Source of the DNA: Candidatus Methanimicrococcus labiotermitis
GTDB taxonomy: Archaea; Halobacteriota; Methanosarcinia; Methanosarcinales; Methanosarcinaceae
DNA length: 64,000 nt
Assembly (NCBI GenBank): GCA_009784005.1
Contig: WRCE01000003.1
Location: 10,519-74,518 of the forward strand
Reading direction: 5' to 3'
How positions within the stretch are numbered: the first letter of the stretch is position 1; each line of letters starts with the position of its first letter. This document shows, one piece after another, positions 39,148-49,499 of this stretch. The notes below the pieces were generated by a model. It worked only from the letters and a program-made list of their open reading frames with translations, made no database searches and was not told the DNA's origin. A program made the position numbers and the translations under genes.

Positions 39148-40221
39148 ATGAGCTACACAAAGGAAGACATACTCAGAGTTTTAGATACGTACGATTTAGA
39201 CAACATTGTGATTGCCACAATCTGTTCTCATTCCAGCCTTCAGATTTTTGACGGCGCGCGCAAAGAAGGGTTTAAGACGCTCGGTATTTGTTTAAGAGCG
39301 CCCCCGAAATATTACGACGCTTTTCCGCTGGCGAAACCGGACGAGTTTTTGGTGCTTGACCGCTATGACCAGCTTCTTGATAAAGTTGAAGAGCTGAAAG
39401 CTAAAAACGTTATCATCATCCCCCACGGTTCTTTTATTGCTTACATGGGAACCAAGAAATTCGTCGAACTCGGCCTTCCGACCTTTGGAAACCGCGATGT
39501 TTTGGAGTGGGAATCCGACCGCAAGAAAGAAAGAACATGGCTTGTCGGCGCCGGCATCCACATGCCCGATGTTGTCGAAGACCCCAAAAACATCGACGGC
39601 CCCGTCATGGTGAAATACGACGGCGCGCACGGCGGCAAAGGCTTTTTCATTGCCAAAACCTACGAAGACTTCTTAGAACACATTGACCCGACAAAGACGT
39701 ACACGCTTCAGAAATTCATAACGGGAACCCGCTATTACTTGCATTACTTCTACTCGCCGATTAAAGAAGACGGCTACAAGCTCAGCCAGGGCAGTTTGGA
39801 AATGCTCAGCATGGACCGCCGCGTTGAGTCCAACGCCGATGAAATTTTCCGCCTCGGCTCCCCGAAAGAATTGATGGAAGCCGGCATCATCCCGACATAC
39901 GTCGTCACCGGAAACATGCCGCTCGTTGCCCGCGAATCCCTTTTGCCGCTTATCTTTGAACTCGGCAGCCGCGTCGTTGAAGAGTCGCTGAAAAAATTCG
40001 GCGGCATGATTGGCCCCTTCTGTTTGGAAACGGTGTTTACCGACAATCTGGAAATCAAGGTTTTTGAAATTTCCGCAAGAATCGTCGCCGGTACCAACCT
40101 TTATGTCTCAGGCTCCCCCTATGCCGACCTCTTGGAAGAAAACATGTCCACCGGTCGCAGAATTGCCAGAGAGATCAAGAGGGCGAAAGAACTGAAAAGA
40201 CTGAACGAAATTATCTCTTAA
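39148..40221 (+). CDS. purP: 5-formaminoimidazole-4-carboxamide ribonucleotide (FAICAR) synthetase PurP
   Basis: IATICSHSSLQIFDGARKEGFKTLGIC..., ATP-grasp core, archaeal-specific enzyme. The start is taken at ATG 39148 (MSYTKEDIL) rather than at the TTG of the track ORF. Confidence 0.88.
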   Translation: MSYTKEDILRVLDTYDLDNIVIATICSHSSLQIFDGARKEGFKTLGICLRAPPKYYDAFPLAKPDEFLVLDRYDQLLDKVEELKAKNVIIIPHGSFIAYMGTKKFVELGLPTFGNRDVLEWESDRKKERTWLVGAGIHMPDVVEDPKNIDGPVMVKYDGAHGGKGFFIAKTYEDFLEHIDPTKTYTLQKFITGTRYYLHYFYSPIKEDGYKLSQGSLEMLSMDRRVESNADEIFRLGSPKELMEAGIIPTYVVTGNMPLVARESLLPLIFELGSRVVEESLKKFGGMIGPFCLETVFTDNLEIKVFEISARIVAGTNLYVSGSPYADLLEENMSTGRRIAREIKRAKELKRLNEIIS

Positions 40222-40332
40222 AAATCGCCTAAAGCGCCGGCACAACTTTCAACAACTTTCATAAAGAAGGACAGGCCGGCGTCTATCCGTCTTTTTTACG
40301 TTCATATTTTTTACTTTGATTCATTTTGCGGC

Positions 40333-40592
40333 ATTCTTAACGGCTTGAATATCAGTCTTAACGACTATTGTCAGTCTAAACGGCTTATTGTCAGCCTTAA
40401 CGGCTGTTGTCAGTCTAAACGACTATTGTCAGCCCCTTACAGCTTAAATCAGTCCCTAAACGGCTTGATTATCGGTCATCCCCTAACATCTTAATTATCA
40501 GTCCCTAAACGACATAATTTATCAGTCCCTAAACGACATAATTTATCAGTCCCTAAACGGCATAATTTATCAGTCCCTAAACGGCTTAATAT
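40333..40592. repeat. Intergenic minisatellites, ~21-24-bp units (TGTCAGTCTAAACGRCTAT; ATCAGTCCCTAAACGACATAATTT)
   Basis: Read directly downstream of purP. Confidence 0.85.
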
Positions 40593-40801
40593 CGGGTTTG
40601 AACCCCCTTAAAGCCGGAACAGAAAAATTGAAGCGGGCGCCAAGGCGAAGGCATCAATTTCAAAAAGATATTTTCAGAAAGATATATATACTTACGATGG
40701 TAAACCTTGATTTCAATATTCGGTAAACATTAGAACTTTATGATATCGTTTTTCAGTATAACTGCGTGTTTTAACTTTTTAACTTATATCAGGTGAAATA
40801 T

Positions 40802-42058
40802 ATGGTCAAAAAAACATTTTATTCTGCGCTATCGGTTTTTCTCATCTTAATACTCGCTGTATCGCTCTTTTCGGGAACAGCCTCGGCATCATCGCCGGGT
40901 TTGAAAATAACGCTGGTGGACCAGACGCCGTATCCCGTGCAAGCAGGACAACAAGTGCGTTTCTGGATTCAAGCCGAAAACATCGGCAGCGGCCCGATGA
41001 ACAATGTCACGATTGAAGTTGTTCCCGACGGCATCTTCTCCGCGTCAGCTCATGATATTTCAAGAACTTACAGTACGATTCATTCAGGCACGAAGGTTTA
41101 CCATGAGTACATTATGTTTGTCGCAAGCGACGCGCCCGACGGGCCGCGCGACTTGACAGTCAGGCACAAAGTCGGCAACAGCACTTTATGGATTGAACAG
41201 AAATTCACAATCGGAATCGGCGGCATCATTGACCCGAGCAGCCGCGGAACGCTCATTATTGAAAAAGTGAGCAGCAGTCCCGAAGTTTTCATGCCTGGAG
41301 ACACGGGCATTATTTGGGTGACTTTGAAAAATAACGCGACGGCAATGACCGCAGGGTCCAATACCACAAACGCGAGAATCCAGTCAGCTGACCTTTATTC
41401 TAAAGATAACATCATTGTGACAAGCGAAGCCGTCAATGCGCTCGGCATCATCGCCCCGGGAGACAACATCTCAATACCGTTCCGTGTCAGCATTCCCGAA
41501 GACACGGCCGACGGCACTTACCTGTTAATGCTTGGCGTTAACGGCAGCTCTTTTGAGTACAACATCAAAAGAAACATTGAAATCAAAGTCGATGCCGCGG
41601 GCATCAGAACCATCCAATCCAAAGCCCCGTACGCGTCCGCCGCCGGCAAAACGGTTGAAATCGACATCGTCAACTACCACCAAGGAACCGTTCGCGGCGT
41701 TTCCATCATTCCAATCGCCGAGGGTATGACTTTTTACCCGACCGAATATTTCATCGGCGAAATGAAACCGGATGACTTTTTCACCGCCAAATTCAACATC
41801 ACACAGGGCGCCGGCAATTCAAGCGTTGAATTCAAAGCCGTTTACTTTAACGGCGACAACGCCCATGAAGACAGCATGATCTTTGATATCGGCCCCGCCA
41901 TCACGCCGCCGTCCAAAGTCATGACATTTGTAATTTACCTCGCCATTATTCTCCTGCTTGCCGCGGTTGTCGGGCATTTCTATCTCAAGAAAAAGAAGAA
42001 CATGTCTCTTTTAGAGTATTTGAAAAAAGGAAGAAAACAGACTGAAAAGAAGGAATAA
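40802..42058 (+). CDS. Exported S-layer-domain-like (COG1361/CARDB-like) protein with a signal peptide and a C-terminal TM anchor
   Basis: Signal peptide (...LAVSLFSGTASA), repeated beta-rich modules, and a C-terminal hydrophobic helix followed by a KKKK stretch. Precedes two MacB-type permeases. The ATG at 40802 follows AGGTGA. Confidence 0.6.
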   Translation: MVKKTFYSALSVFLILILAVSLFSGTASASSPGLKITLVDQTPYPVQAGQQVRFWIQAENIGSGPMNNVTIEVVPDGIFSASAHDISRTYSTIHSGTKVYHEYIMFVASDAPDGPRDLTVRHKVGNSTLWIEQKFTIGIGGIIDPSSRGTLIIEKVSSSPEVFMPGDTGIIWVTLKNNATAMTAGSNTTNARIQSADLYSKDNIIVTSEAVNALGIIAPGDNISIPFRVSIPEDTADGTYLLMLGVNGSSFEYNIKRNIEIKVDAAGIRTIQSKAPYASAAGKTVEIDIVNYHQGTVRGVSIIPIAEGMTFYPTEYFIGEMKPDDFFTAKFNITQGAGNSSVEFKAVYFNGDNAHEDSMIFDIGPAITPPSKVMTFVIYLAIILLLAAVVGHFYLKKKKNMSLLEYLKKGRKQTEKKE

Positions 42059-42308
42059 GGAAATTAAGGATAGGAAATTAAGGATAATCCGCGCGGCTGA
42101 GTTTTCGGGAAGAGGGCGTGGCGAACGGCGGGCTTTGCCCGCCGCGCCCACCCGTCCTCTCTGCCGCTCGGCCGGTCCATAATTTATCCGTTCAATATTG
42201 AAACCTGAACCAAAACGAATTCGCGTTATTGAGTTTGAAATAATCGAATTCGCATTACCGAATTCAAGTTATTGAATTGCATTCATAAAAAATGAAAGAG
42301 ATGCCGAA

Positions 42309-43523
42309 ATGATCAGTCTGGCCTATTGTTTTAAAACGGCGGTTGCAAGCTTGAGGAGCGCCAAGCTTCGATCGGGACTGACCGCTCTGGGCATTATCGT
42401 CGGCATCGCCGCCGTGATCGCGACTTTTACAATCGGCAGCAGTTTTACCGGCTATTTTATGGATGAACTGGACACGCAAGGATCCAATTACATCGTTGTG
42501 TTCTCATTCCAGCAGAATCTTTTTCGTGACGCACAACTGGACGTTATCCGAAATACACCCGGCGTGACGGGTGTCGCGGCGGAAATTTCAAAGGTGGGTC
42601 TCGTCTCTTTTGCAAACGGAGAGAAGAATCTCTCGATATCGGGAATGCATGAGGCCGCGGTGGAAATCGGGTCTATTCCGATATATGAAGGGCAGATGTA
42701 TTCGGATAAAGACACCTATGTCGCCGTTGTCGGGAAAGATACGGCGGAGGATGCGTTTCGCCGGGAAATCGGCCTAAGGAACACGATTGACATAACGCTT
42801 TACAACTCCGAAACGAGAGAATACGTAACGGAATCATTCAAAGTTATCGGCATTGTCGGTACCGACAGAACCGACATGTTATCCGGCAGCGGAGAATATA
42901 CAATGATTTTCATCCCGATGCAGACAATGCAGAAAATGACGGGAGAGAAGTCTTATAATCTGATTTACGCCATGTCCGATTCGCGCGAGGACATTAACGA
43001 GACATCGGATGAAATCAAAAAGCGCCTTGCGCGAAGTTTGGGTGTTTCCGAACGCGACTTGGATGACAATGAAAAAATTCCGTTTATGGTCATCAATCAG
43101 GCGGAAATTTTGGAACTGGTCGGCACTTTGACAGGAACACTTCAATTGTTTTTACTTGCAATCGGCGGCATTTCACTGGTTGTCGGCGCTGTCGGTATCA
43201 TGAATATCATGGTCGTGACCGTCACGGAAAGGACGCGCGAAATCGGAACATTAAAAGCGCTCGGTTATTCGTCCAATGACGTTTTGCTCATATTTGTCGT
43301 TGAATCCATTGTCATCAGCTGTATCGGCGGGCTGATCGGTACTGTTATTGGTTTGATTATCGCTTACATCGGCACGAGCTATCTTGGGATCTCTATGGCG
43401 ATTCCGATTTCGGGCCTTTTGGTCGGCACCGGCTTATCTGTTTTGGTCGGCGTTTTGGCAGGCGCGCAGCCGTCTTACCGCGCCGCGAAAATGAATCCGG
43501 TTGATGCATTGAGGAATATTTGA
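42309..43523 (+). CDS. ABC transporter permease, MacB/FtsX family
   Basis: N-terminal TM helix, periplasmic MacB_PCD-like domain, and C-terminal FtsX domain (ERTREIGTLKALGYS...). Confidence 0.85.
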   Translation: MISLAYCFKTAVASLRSAKLRSGLTALGIIVGIAAVIATFTIGSSFTGYFMDELDTQGSNYIVVFSFQQNLFRDAQLDVIRNTPGVTGVAAEISKVGLVSFANGEKNLSISGMHEAAVEIGSIPIYEGQMYSDKDTYVAVVGKDTAEDAFRREIGLRNTIDITLYNSETREYVTESFKVIGIVGTDRTDMLSGSGEYTMIFIPMQTMQKMTGEKSYNLIYAMSDSREDINETSDEIKKRLARSLGVSERDLDDNEKIPFMVINQAEILELVGTLTGTLQLFLLAIGGISLVVGAVGIMNIMVVTVTERTREIGTLKALGYSSNDVLLIFVVESIVISCIGGLIGTVIGLIIAYIGTSYLGISMAIPISGLLVGTGLSVLVGVLAGAQPSYRAAKMNPVDALRNI

Positions 43524-43545
43524 GGAGTAATTTGAGGGGATAAAA

Positions 43546-44760
43546 ATGATTGATATTTCTCAAAGCGCGAATATGGCGGTCAAAAGCTTGAAAAGCTCTA
43601 AACTGCGTTCCGGATTGACGGCGCTTGGCATTATTATCGGCATTGCCGCCGTTGTCGCCACTTTTACCCTCGGCGCCAGTTTCGGCGCTTTCTTCTCAGA
43701 ACAAATCAGCTCCAGCGGTTCCAATTACATCATGGTCATTTCTTCCAAAGACAATCTGTTCTTTGACCAGCAGGTGGAAGTTGTTCGAAACACGCGCGGC
43801 GTCACAGCCGCCTCCCCTGTTCTCTCGGCGTCGGGCGCAGTGTCATACATGGGGGAATCCAAAAATTACACCATTTACGGCATTCAAGAGGATTACGCGG
43901 AGATAGGCTCTATTCCGATGTATGACGGCATCTTTGTATCCAACAGGGATACTTCCTCGGCCGTTATCGGCAAAACCATTTCGGAAGATGATTTTAAAAA
44001 TCAAATCTCAACGCGGGGATCTGTTCTGGTTACAATTTACAATACCGAAATTCAGGATTATGTGACCCGCTCGTTCAGCGTGAAAGGAATTTCCGGAACG
44101 GAGCAGACGACTCTTGTTATCGGAAGTAATTATAATACGGCGGTTTATATTCCGCTTTCCGCTATGAAAGAGATGACCGGAAAATCGGATTATCGTATGA
44201 TTTTCGCCATGACCGAATCCGACGACACGGTCAAAGAAACGAATGACGAAATTAAGAGAAATCTGGCCCGAAATCTGGGCGTTTCTGAAAGAAATTTGGA
44301 TAACGCTGAGCTGCTTCCTTTTACAACCTTTAATCAGGCGGAAATTTTGGAACAGGTCGGCTCTATGACGCAGACACTTCAGCTTTTCTTAATCGCCATT
44401 GGCGGCATTTCCTTGATTGTCGGCACTGTCGGCATCATGAACATCATGATTGTAACCGTGACGGAAAGAACAAAGGAAATCGGAACGTTAAAGGCGCTCG
44501 GCTACACATCTTCTGACGTTTTGGTTCTGTTCCTTGTTGAATCCGTTGTTATCAGCGTCATCGGCGGCGCAATCGGAACAACGCTGGGTCTGGCCGTTTC
44601 GTATGTCGGTTCAGCTTTCCTGGGCATTTCAATGTCCTTATCATTCGGCGCAATCGCCGCCGCCATTTTGATTTCGATATTCATCGGTATTTTGGCCGGC
44701 GTTTACCCCGCAAAGCGGGCCGCCGACATGAATCCTGTCGACGCGCTCAGATCGATTTAA
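43546..44760 (+). CDS. ABC transporter permease, MacB/FtsX family (paralogue of the preceding gene)
   Basis: Same architecture as the preceding gene (ERTKEIGTLKALGYT..., ...MNPVDALRSI). Confidence 0.85.
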   Translation: MIDISQSANMAVKSLKSSKLRSGLTALGIIIGIAAVVATFTLGASFGAFFSEQISSSGSNYIMVISSKDNLFFDQQVEVVRNTRGVTAASPVLSASGAVSYMGESKNYTIYGIQEDYAEIGSIPMYDGIFVSNRDTSSAVIGKTISEDDFKNQISTRGSVLVTIYNTEIQDYVTRSFSVKGISGTEQTTLVIGSNYNTAVYIPLSAMKEMTGKSDYRMIFAMTESDDTVKETNDEIKRNLARNLGVSERNLDNAELLPFTTFNQAEILEQVGSMTQTLQLFLIAIGGISLIVGTVGIMNIMIVTVTERTKEIGTLKALGYTSSDVLVLFLVESVVISVIGGAIGTTLGLAVSYVGSAFLGISMSLSFGAIAAAILISIFIGILAGVYPAKRAADMNPVDALRSI

Positions 44761-44854
44761 TGATAATCGGCGGTTTTTATTTTGGAGCGCCTGCGGCGCT
44801 CCGGCTATTCAGAAAAGGAGCCTGTGGCATCCCATTCTCTTTGGAAAAAAACTG

Positions 44855-45058
44855 AGACAGATACGAACAGAAAAAGAGACAAACGGAAATAAGAGGCAAA
44901 CGGAAATAAGAGGCAAACGGAAATAAGAGGCAAACGGAAAAAGAGACAAACGGAAATAAGAGACGAACAGAAAAAGAGACAAACGGAAAAAGAGACAAAC
45001 GGAAAAAGAGACGAACGGAAAAAGAGATAACCGAGAAAGAGAGATAACCGAGAAAGAG
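44855..45058. repeat. Intergenic minisatellite, ~18-bp unit (AAGAGRCAAACGGAAATA)
   Basis: About 11 copies upstream of the CobW-like gene. Confidence 0.85.
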
Positions 45059-45065
45059 GTGTTTC

Positions 45066-46241
45066 ATGAAAGTTTTCATTATTGGCGGTTTTTTGGGCAG
45101 CGGAAAAACAACAACGGTTTTGAAGCTGATTAAAAAAATGGCGGCGGACAATAAACGCGCGGCATTGATTGTAAATGAAGTCGGCGAAATCGGGATTGAC
45201 GGCAGCGCGCTGGAAGTCGCGGGAATACCGTCCAAAGAAATCACAAACGGCTGCATCTGCTGTTCTTTGATTTACAGCCTGAGAGTAACGGTTTCGGAGT
45301 TAGCGGACATTTACAAGCCCGATATTTTAATTGTGGAGCCGACCGGGCTGTCTTTTCCGAGTCAAATACGGGACGAACTTCTCAGAATCAACGTGATGAT
45401 GTCGTTTGCGCCAATCATTACGCTTGTCGATGTGTCTCGGTTTACGTCGGAAATGAATCAAATTCCCAAATTCGTGGAACAGCAATTAAAAGAAGCGGAT
45501 ATCATCGGAATTAACAAAACGGATTTGGCAGACGAAGAAAAAATCCAAGCCGTTGAAACTTTTTTGAAAGAAATGAATCCCGATGCCTATCAAATTCGGA
45601 TGTCGGCGAGAGAGAACGAATCGGTTGATAAGCTGTACCGGCTGATGATGGCAGAAGGCGAAACCGTTTTCAACCCAATCGACGCAGGCGGCGCCGAAGC
45701 GCGTTCAATAGTGACGGAGAAGGCAAATTCGATAGAAGTGTCAAATATCAGCGCCTATTCGGGATTATATCACGCTCACGCCCAAGGAGGACAAGGCAAA
45801 CAGGAGGGGCAAGGAAGACAGGAGGGACAAGGAAGTCAGGAGGGGCAAGGAAGACAGGAGGGACAAGGAGGACTCACCGTCAAAGACGCCGGCGCCCTTT
45901 TGGAACAAATTGTAACGACTGCAGGCATTGAGATTGCGAAATTGAACTCGTCATTTGTCGGGCACATCAAAATGGCCGTGAAGGTCGATGATACGCTCAT
46001 TAAGGTCAGCCAAACGGCGGGGCCTGACGACAGACAGATTGAAGCGGAATATATCCTTCAGGAAAAAATTGAAAACAACGGCGAATACGAACTGCGGTAT
46101 TTGTCGGCTGTGACAAACGTTAAAAAAGCGGCTTTAGAGGAAATCGCGAATAACGCGATAAGCGCAGCTTTGACGGCGAAAAATTTGACGTTTAAAAAAC
46201 AAGCTTCAGAAGGGGATTTGAAAAAACCGATTCTTCTTTGA
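45066..46241 (+). CDS. CobW/G3E-family GTPase (metallochaperone-like) with an internal (QEGQGR)n repeat
   Basis: P-loop GGFLGSGKTT, the GCICCS motif, and INKTD (NKxD). The repeat is encoded at about 45783-45875. Confidence 0.8.
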   Translation: MKVFIIGGFLGSGKTTTVLKLIKKMAADNKRAALIVNEVGEIGIDGSALEVAGIPSKEITNGCICCSLIYSLRVTVSELADIYKPDILIVEPTGLSFPSQIRDELLRINVMMSFAPIITLVDVSRFTSEMNQIPKFVEQQLKEADIIGINKTDLADEEKIQAVETFLKEMNPDAYQIRMSARENESVDKLYRLMMAEGETVFNPIDAGGAEARSIVTEKANSIEVSNISAYSGLYHAHAQGGQGKQEGQGRQEGQGSQEGQGRQEGQGGLTVKDAGALLEQIVTTAGIEIAKLNSSFVGHIKMAVKVDDTLIKVSQTAGPDDRQIEAEYILQEKIENNGEYELRYLSAVTNVKKAALEEIANNAISAALTAKNLTFKKQASEGDLKKPILL

Positions 46242-46352
46242 AATTTTTTTCAGAATATTGACACTGAACAGTAACCGAACCTAAAATTGAAAAAAACAGA
46301 AATAAGAAAAGGCAATTGCCTTTTCTCTGATTTTAATAAATAAGCAAACAGC

Positions 46353-47366
46353 TTACTGGAAGTATTTGTCTCTTGCCGCAACCATTTCTCTGATGTTGGC
46401 GGAGGGTGTCATCGGTGCGATACCGCAGCCGGGCGCAAGGATTGCGACTTTGGCGTCAAGAGCGCGGTTCACAGCGTCTTGGACTTTGGCGGCGTCGCCG
46501 CTCAAGAGGACGAAGGGGCTGGAAACGTTGCCGATCATGGTTGCGCGGCCTTTTGTTTTGTCAACAGCGCCGGCAAGGTCTTCGACTTTTTCTTCAACAC
46601 TGAGGCCCTTGCAGTTGCAGTTTGCCATGTCGTTGAGGATGGGTGCCACGTTGCCGCAGACGTGAAGAACAACGGGTGCGTTGACTTTGTCTGCGAATTC
46701 GGTGATGACGCCCATGAGTTTGTCATGGAAGTCCTGCGGGCTCATCAAGTCGGGGGAGGAAACGGGGTCAGCGATACAGATGATGTCTGCGCCGGCTTCG
46801 ACCATCATGTTTGCGTATTCGATCGCGGCGTCGTTGGCAAAGGAGTTTGCTTTGGCGAGCGCGTCGGGGTTTTTGATGGACCATTTCATATAAGATTTAA
46901 CACTGACGAGGTCAGAAGCGAGTGTGACGGGGCCTTCCATGCCGGCGATGATCGGAACGTCGGGACCGATTTTTGCGCGGATTGCTTTGATGGCTTCAAT
47001 AACAGCGGGGATTCTGCCTGCTGTCTTCAAGTCGGGCTTTGTTGCCGCGTCAAGCATTTCGGGCTTTTCGTACGGGTGAGCAATAACAGAGGGCTGTCTG
47101 TTCTTTGTTCCCATGTTGACTTCACAGCCCATTGCTTCGGCAAGGACGGTCAAACAGTAGGGGACACGGACAGCTTCAAGACCGCAAAGTTCGTGCGCGG
47201 CGATGGCAAGGTCTGTCATCATCTTTGCATTGGACTGGGAGTCCGGCCACGGTGCATTGACAGCATCCATCAATTCAACAGTTCCCGTTTGTGTCATGGA
47301 CACGACGGGGGTCTTTGCAACTTCTTCGCCATTTAAGGCTTTTAACAAATTCTCTTTAAGCGTCAT
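46353..47366 (-). CDS. mtaA: Methylcobamide:CoM methyltransferase (MtaA/MtbA, uroporphyrinogen-decarboxylase family)
   Basis: GLEAVRVPYCLTVLAEAMGCEVNMGTKNRQPSV..HPY, MEGPVTLASDLVSVKSYMKWSIK and ADPVSSPDLMSP are near-identical in pattern to the Methanosarcina MtaA I recall. I cannot separate MtaA from MtbA by eye. Confidence 0.85.
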   Translation of the reverse strand: MTLKENLLKALNGEEVAKTPVVSMTQTGTVELMDAVNAPWPDSQSNAKMMTDLAIAAHELCGLEAVRVPYCLTVLAEAMGCEVNMGTKNRQPSVIAHPYEKPEMLDAATKPDLKTAGRIPAVIEAIKAIRAKIGPDVPIIAGMEGPVTLASDLVSVKSYMKWSIKNPDALAKANSFANDAAIEYANMMVEAGADIICIADPVSSPDLMSPQDFHDKLMGVITEFADKVNAPVVLHVCGNVAPILNDMANCNCKGLSVEEKVEDLAGAVDKTKGRATMIGNVSSPFVLLSGDAAKVQDAVNRALDAKVAILAPGCGIAPMTPSANIREMVAARDKYFQ

Positions 47367-47596
47367 GGTATGTCAATCCTTCAAAAATTGTTAACATCCC
47401 TTCACTATCAATCGAAATTATTGATTGTTACAACAAGGGATTGGAAATTAACATTACAGACAGAAAAGAACAACGTAATTATAAAGATTTTGGATTATTT
47501 GAAAAAAAATTCAATTCATTTTTAAAATGAGAAATAAAACGTATTGGAAACAAAACGAAAAGGGAAATACCGGTCAAGGAAATACCAAGAACAGGT

Positions 47597-47664
47597 CGTA
47601 AACAGCGGAAGGAAAAGCCGTAAACAGCGGAAGGAAAAGCCGTAAACAGCGGAAGGAAAGGCCG
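47597..47664. repeat. Intergenic minisatellite, 22-bp unit (CGTAAACAGCGGAAGGAAAAGC), 3 copies
   Basis: Read directly between mtaA and the MATE gene. Confidence 0.85.
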
Positions 47665-47696
47665 AGTAAACACCGCCGGCCAAAATTATCAAAAAA

Positions 47697-49115
47697 TCAA
47701 ACCGCCGCTGCCGGCTGCCCTCTTATTAAATTCTCTTCATTTTCCATTGCCGTCAGCCTCTTAAACTCCCGATAAACGAAAATGAAAGCGACCGCCGCTG
47801 AAATGCCGTCGGCGATCGGCCCCGCGTACAAAACGCCGTCTAAGCCAAAGTACAGCGGCATGACAATCACAAGCGGGATCAACAACAAGACCTGACGGAT
47901 CATTGCCAGTAAAATGCCTTTGTATGATTTGCCGATCGCCGTAAACAGAATAGAGGCGGCGGGCTGGATACCGATGATGATCATCATGAACAAATAAATC
48001 CGGCAGAACCTGACGGCGAATTCAAAGTATAATTCACTGCCGCCGCCGAAAATTTTAATGATCGAAAGCGGAAAAAGCTGAAAACACAGGAATGCGATCA
48101 GCGAGATAAACATTGATACTTTAAGAACCAATTTGAAAACTTCTTTGACGCGGCCGTAATTTTTAGCGCCGTAATTGAATCCCGCAATCGGCTGCCCGCC
48201 TTGAGAAACGCCGATGATGACGGCAATAAAAATCATGCTGACCTTGGAAATGACGCCGGTGACGGCGAGCGGAATTTCGCTGCCGTAAACAGAAAGGCCG
48301 CCGTAATAAGCCACCGTGTTATTCAAAAGAATCTGAACGGCCACCATGGAAATCTGATTCAAAAAGCTGGAGGCGCCGAGGTAAAAAATCATCTTGGTAA
48401 CGGATCGGTTCAAAACAAAATCTTTCTTTTCCAAAACAACCGATTTAAACCGCGTAAAATAAAGCACGGCGATTAAAAAAGAAACAAACTGGCTGATAAC
48501 GGTCGCCCAAGCCGCGCCGGCAAGGCCCATATTCAACCCGAAAATAAAAAACGCGCTCAAAACAACATTCAAAAAAGCGCCGGCCAGTAAGCAATACATG
48601 GAATATCTCGGGCTGCCGTCGGCGCGAATAATGCTGCTGGCGCCTGTAGAGAAAATCAAAAACAACATCCCAAACGACGTAATGGTAATGTATTCAAACG
48701 CCAGCGGAAAAACAGCGTCCGTCGCGCCGAATAATGTCACGAGCTGTTCCAAACACAAATGAATAACAACAAAAACGAGGACACCGGAAGCCGTCAATAG
48801 AAAAATAGAATTCCCGACAACCTTTTTAGCTCGTTCCTTATTGCCGGCGCCGAGACAAAGACTAAAATTTGAAGCGCCCCCGATTCCGAAAAGCAACCCG
48901 AGAGCCATTGCGATGATAACAAGCGGAAAAGCGACATTCGTTGCCGCGTTGCCGAGCATGCCGACACTGTGCCCGATGAAAATCTGATCAATAATATTGT
49001 AAAAAGCGCCGACAAGCATTGCAATGACGCCCGGAACCGCAAACCTAAACAGCAATTTTTTGACATCTTCCGTTCCGAGGATATTTTCTCTCGTATTTGA
49101 TTTCGTCTCGCTCAT
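47697..49115 (-). CDS. MATE family efflux transporter
   Basis: 472 aa, 12 predicted TM helices, with a typical MATE N-terminus (...LLFRFAVPGVIAMLVGAFYNIIDQIFIGH). Confidence 0.88.
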   Translation of the reverse strand: MSETKSNTRENILGTEDVKKLLFRFAVPGVIAMLVGAFYNIIDQIFIGHSVGMLGNAATNVAFPLVIIAMALGLLFGIGGASNFSLCLGAGNKERAKKVVGNSIFLLTASGVLVFVVIHLCLEQLVTLFGATDAVFPLAFEYITITSFGMLFLIFSTGASSIIRADGSPRYSMYCLLAGAFLNVVLSAFFIFGLNMGLAGAAWATVISQFVSFLIAVLYFTRFKSVVLEKKDFVLNRSVTKMIFYLGASSFLNQISMVAVQILLNNTVAYYGGLSVYGSEIPLAVTGVISKVSMIFIAVIIGVSQGGQPIAGFNYGAKNYGRVKEVFKLVLKVSMFISLIAFLCFQLFPLSIIKIFGGGSELYFEFAVRFCRIYLFMMIIIGIQPAASILFTAIGKSYKGILLAMIRQVLLLIPLVIVMPLYFGLDGVLYAGPIADGISAAVAFIFVYREFKRLTAMENEENLIRGQPAAAV

Positions 49116-49499
49116 ATCTGTCGCCGCCGGCGCCGAAGGTCATTAATGGTGTTTTTCCGTAAACGAAACAGACAAAACCGAAGTAATATATAAAGCGAAC
49201 TGATGTGAAAAGAACAAAAGGAGCGTATTAAAGTAATAAAAATAAAAAAAATAAAGGCCTGCCGAGTGTGCATCAACTTATCCAAACGCCTTTGAGTCAG
49301 CGAGTTGATAATTGTTGTTGATTAAGCATGGCAGGAATTATTAAACGAGGTTCCTCTTAAAACTATATATACGTTTTTATATACGTGGAATTTTTAGGGC
49401 ATTGAAGTACCGATTTAACTTGCCTTTCGTGCAAAGCAATGATGCTCCATATCTAGACAAAATAAACTAAATCAAAATAAAACGGCGGCAAACTTCAAA

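Noticed and set aside
42309-44760. Missing ABC ATPase for the two MacB-type permeases as a possible anomaly.
   Set aside because: ATPase subunits are often encoded elsewhere, and absence from a 64-kb window is not informative.
49250-49340. Possible long-range stem (CCTGCC...GGCAGG enclosing CATCAACT...AGTTGAT) in the 380-bp spacer between the MATE and DUF1292 genes, perhaps an ncRNA.
   Set aside because: The stems are short and could arise by chance in an AT-rich spacer. There is no recognisable RNA family signature.
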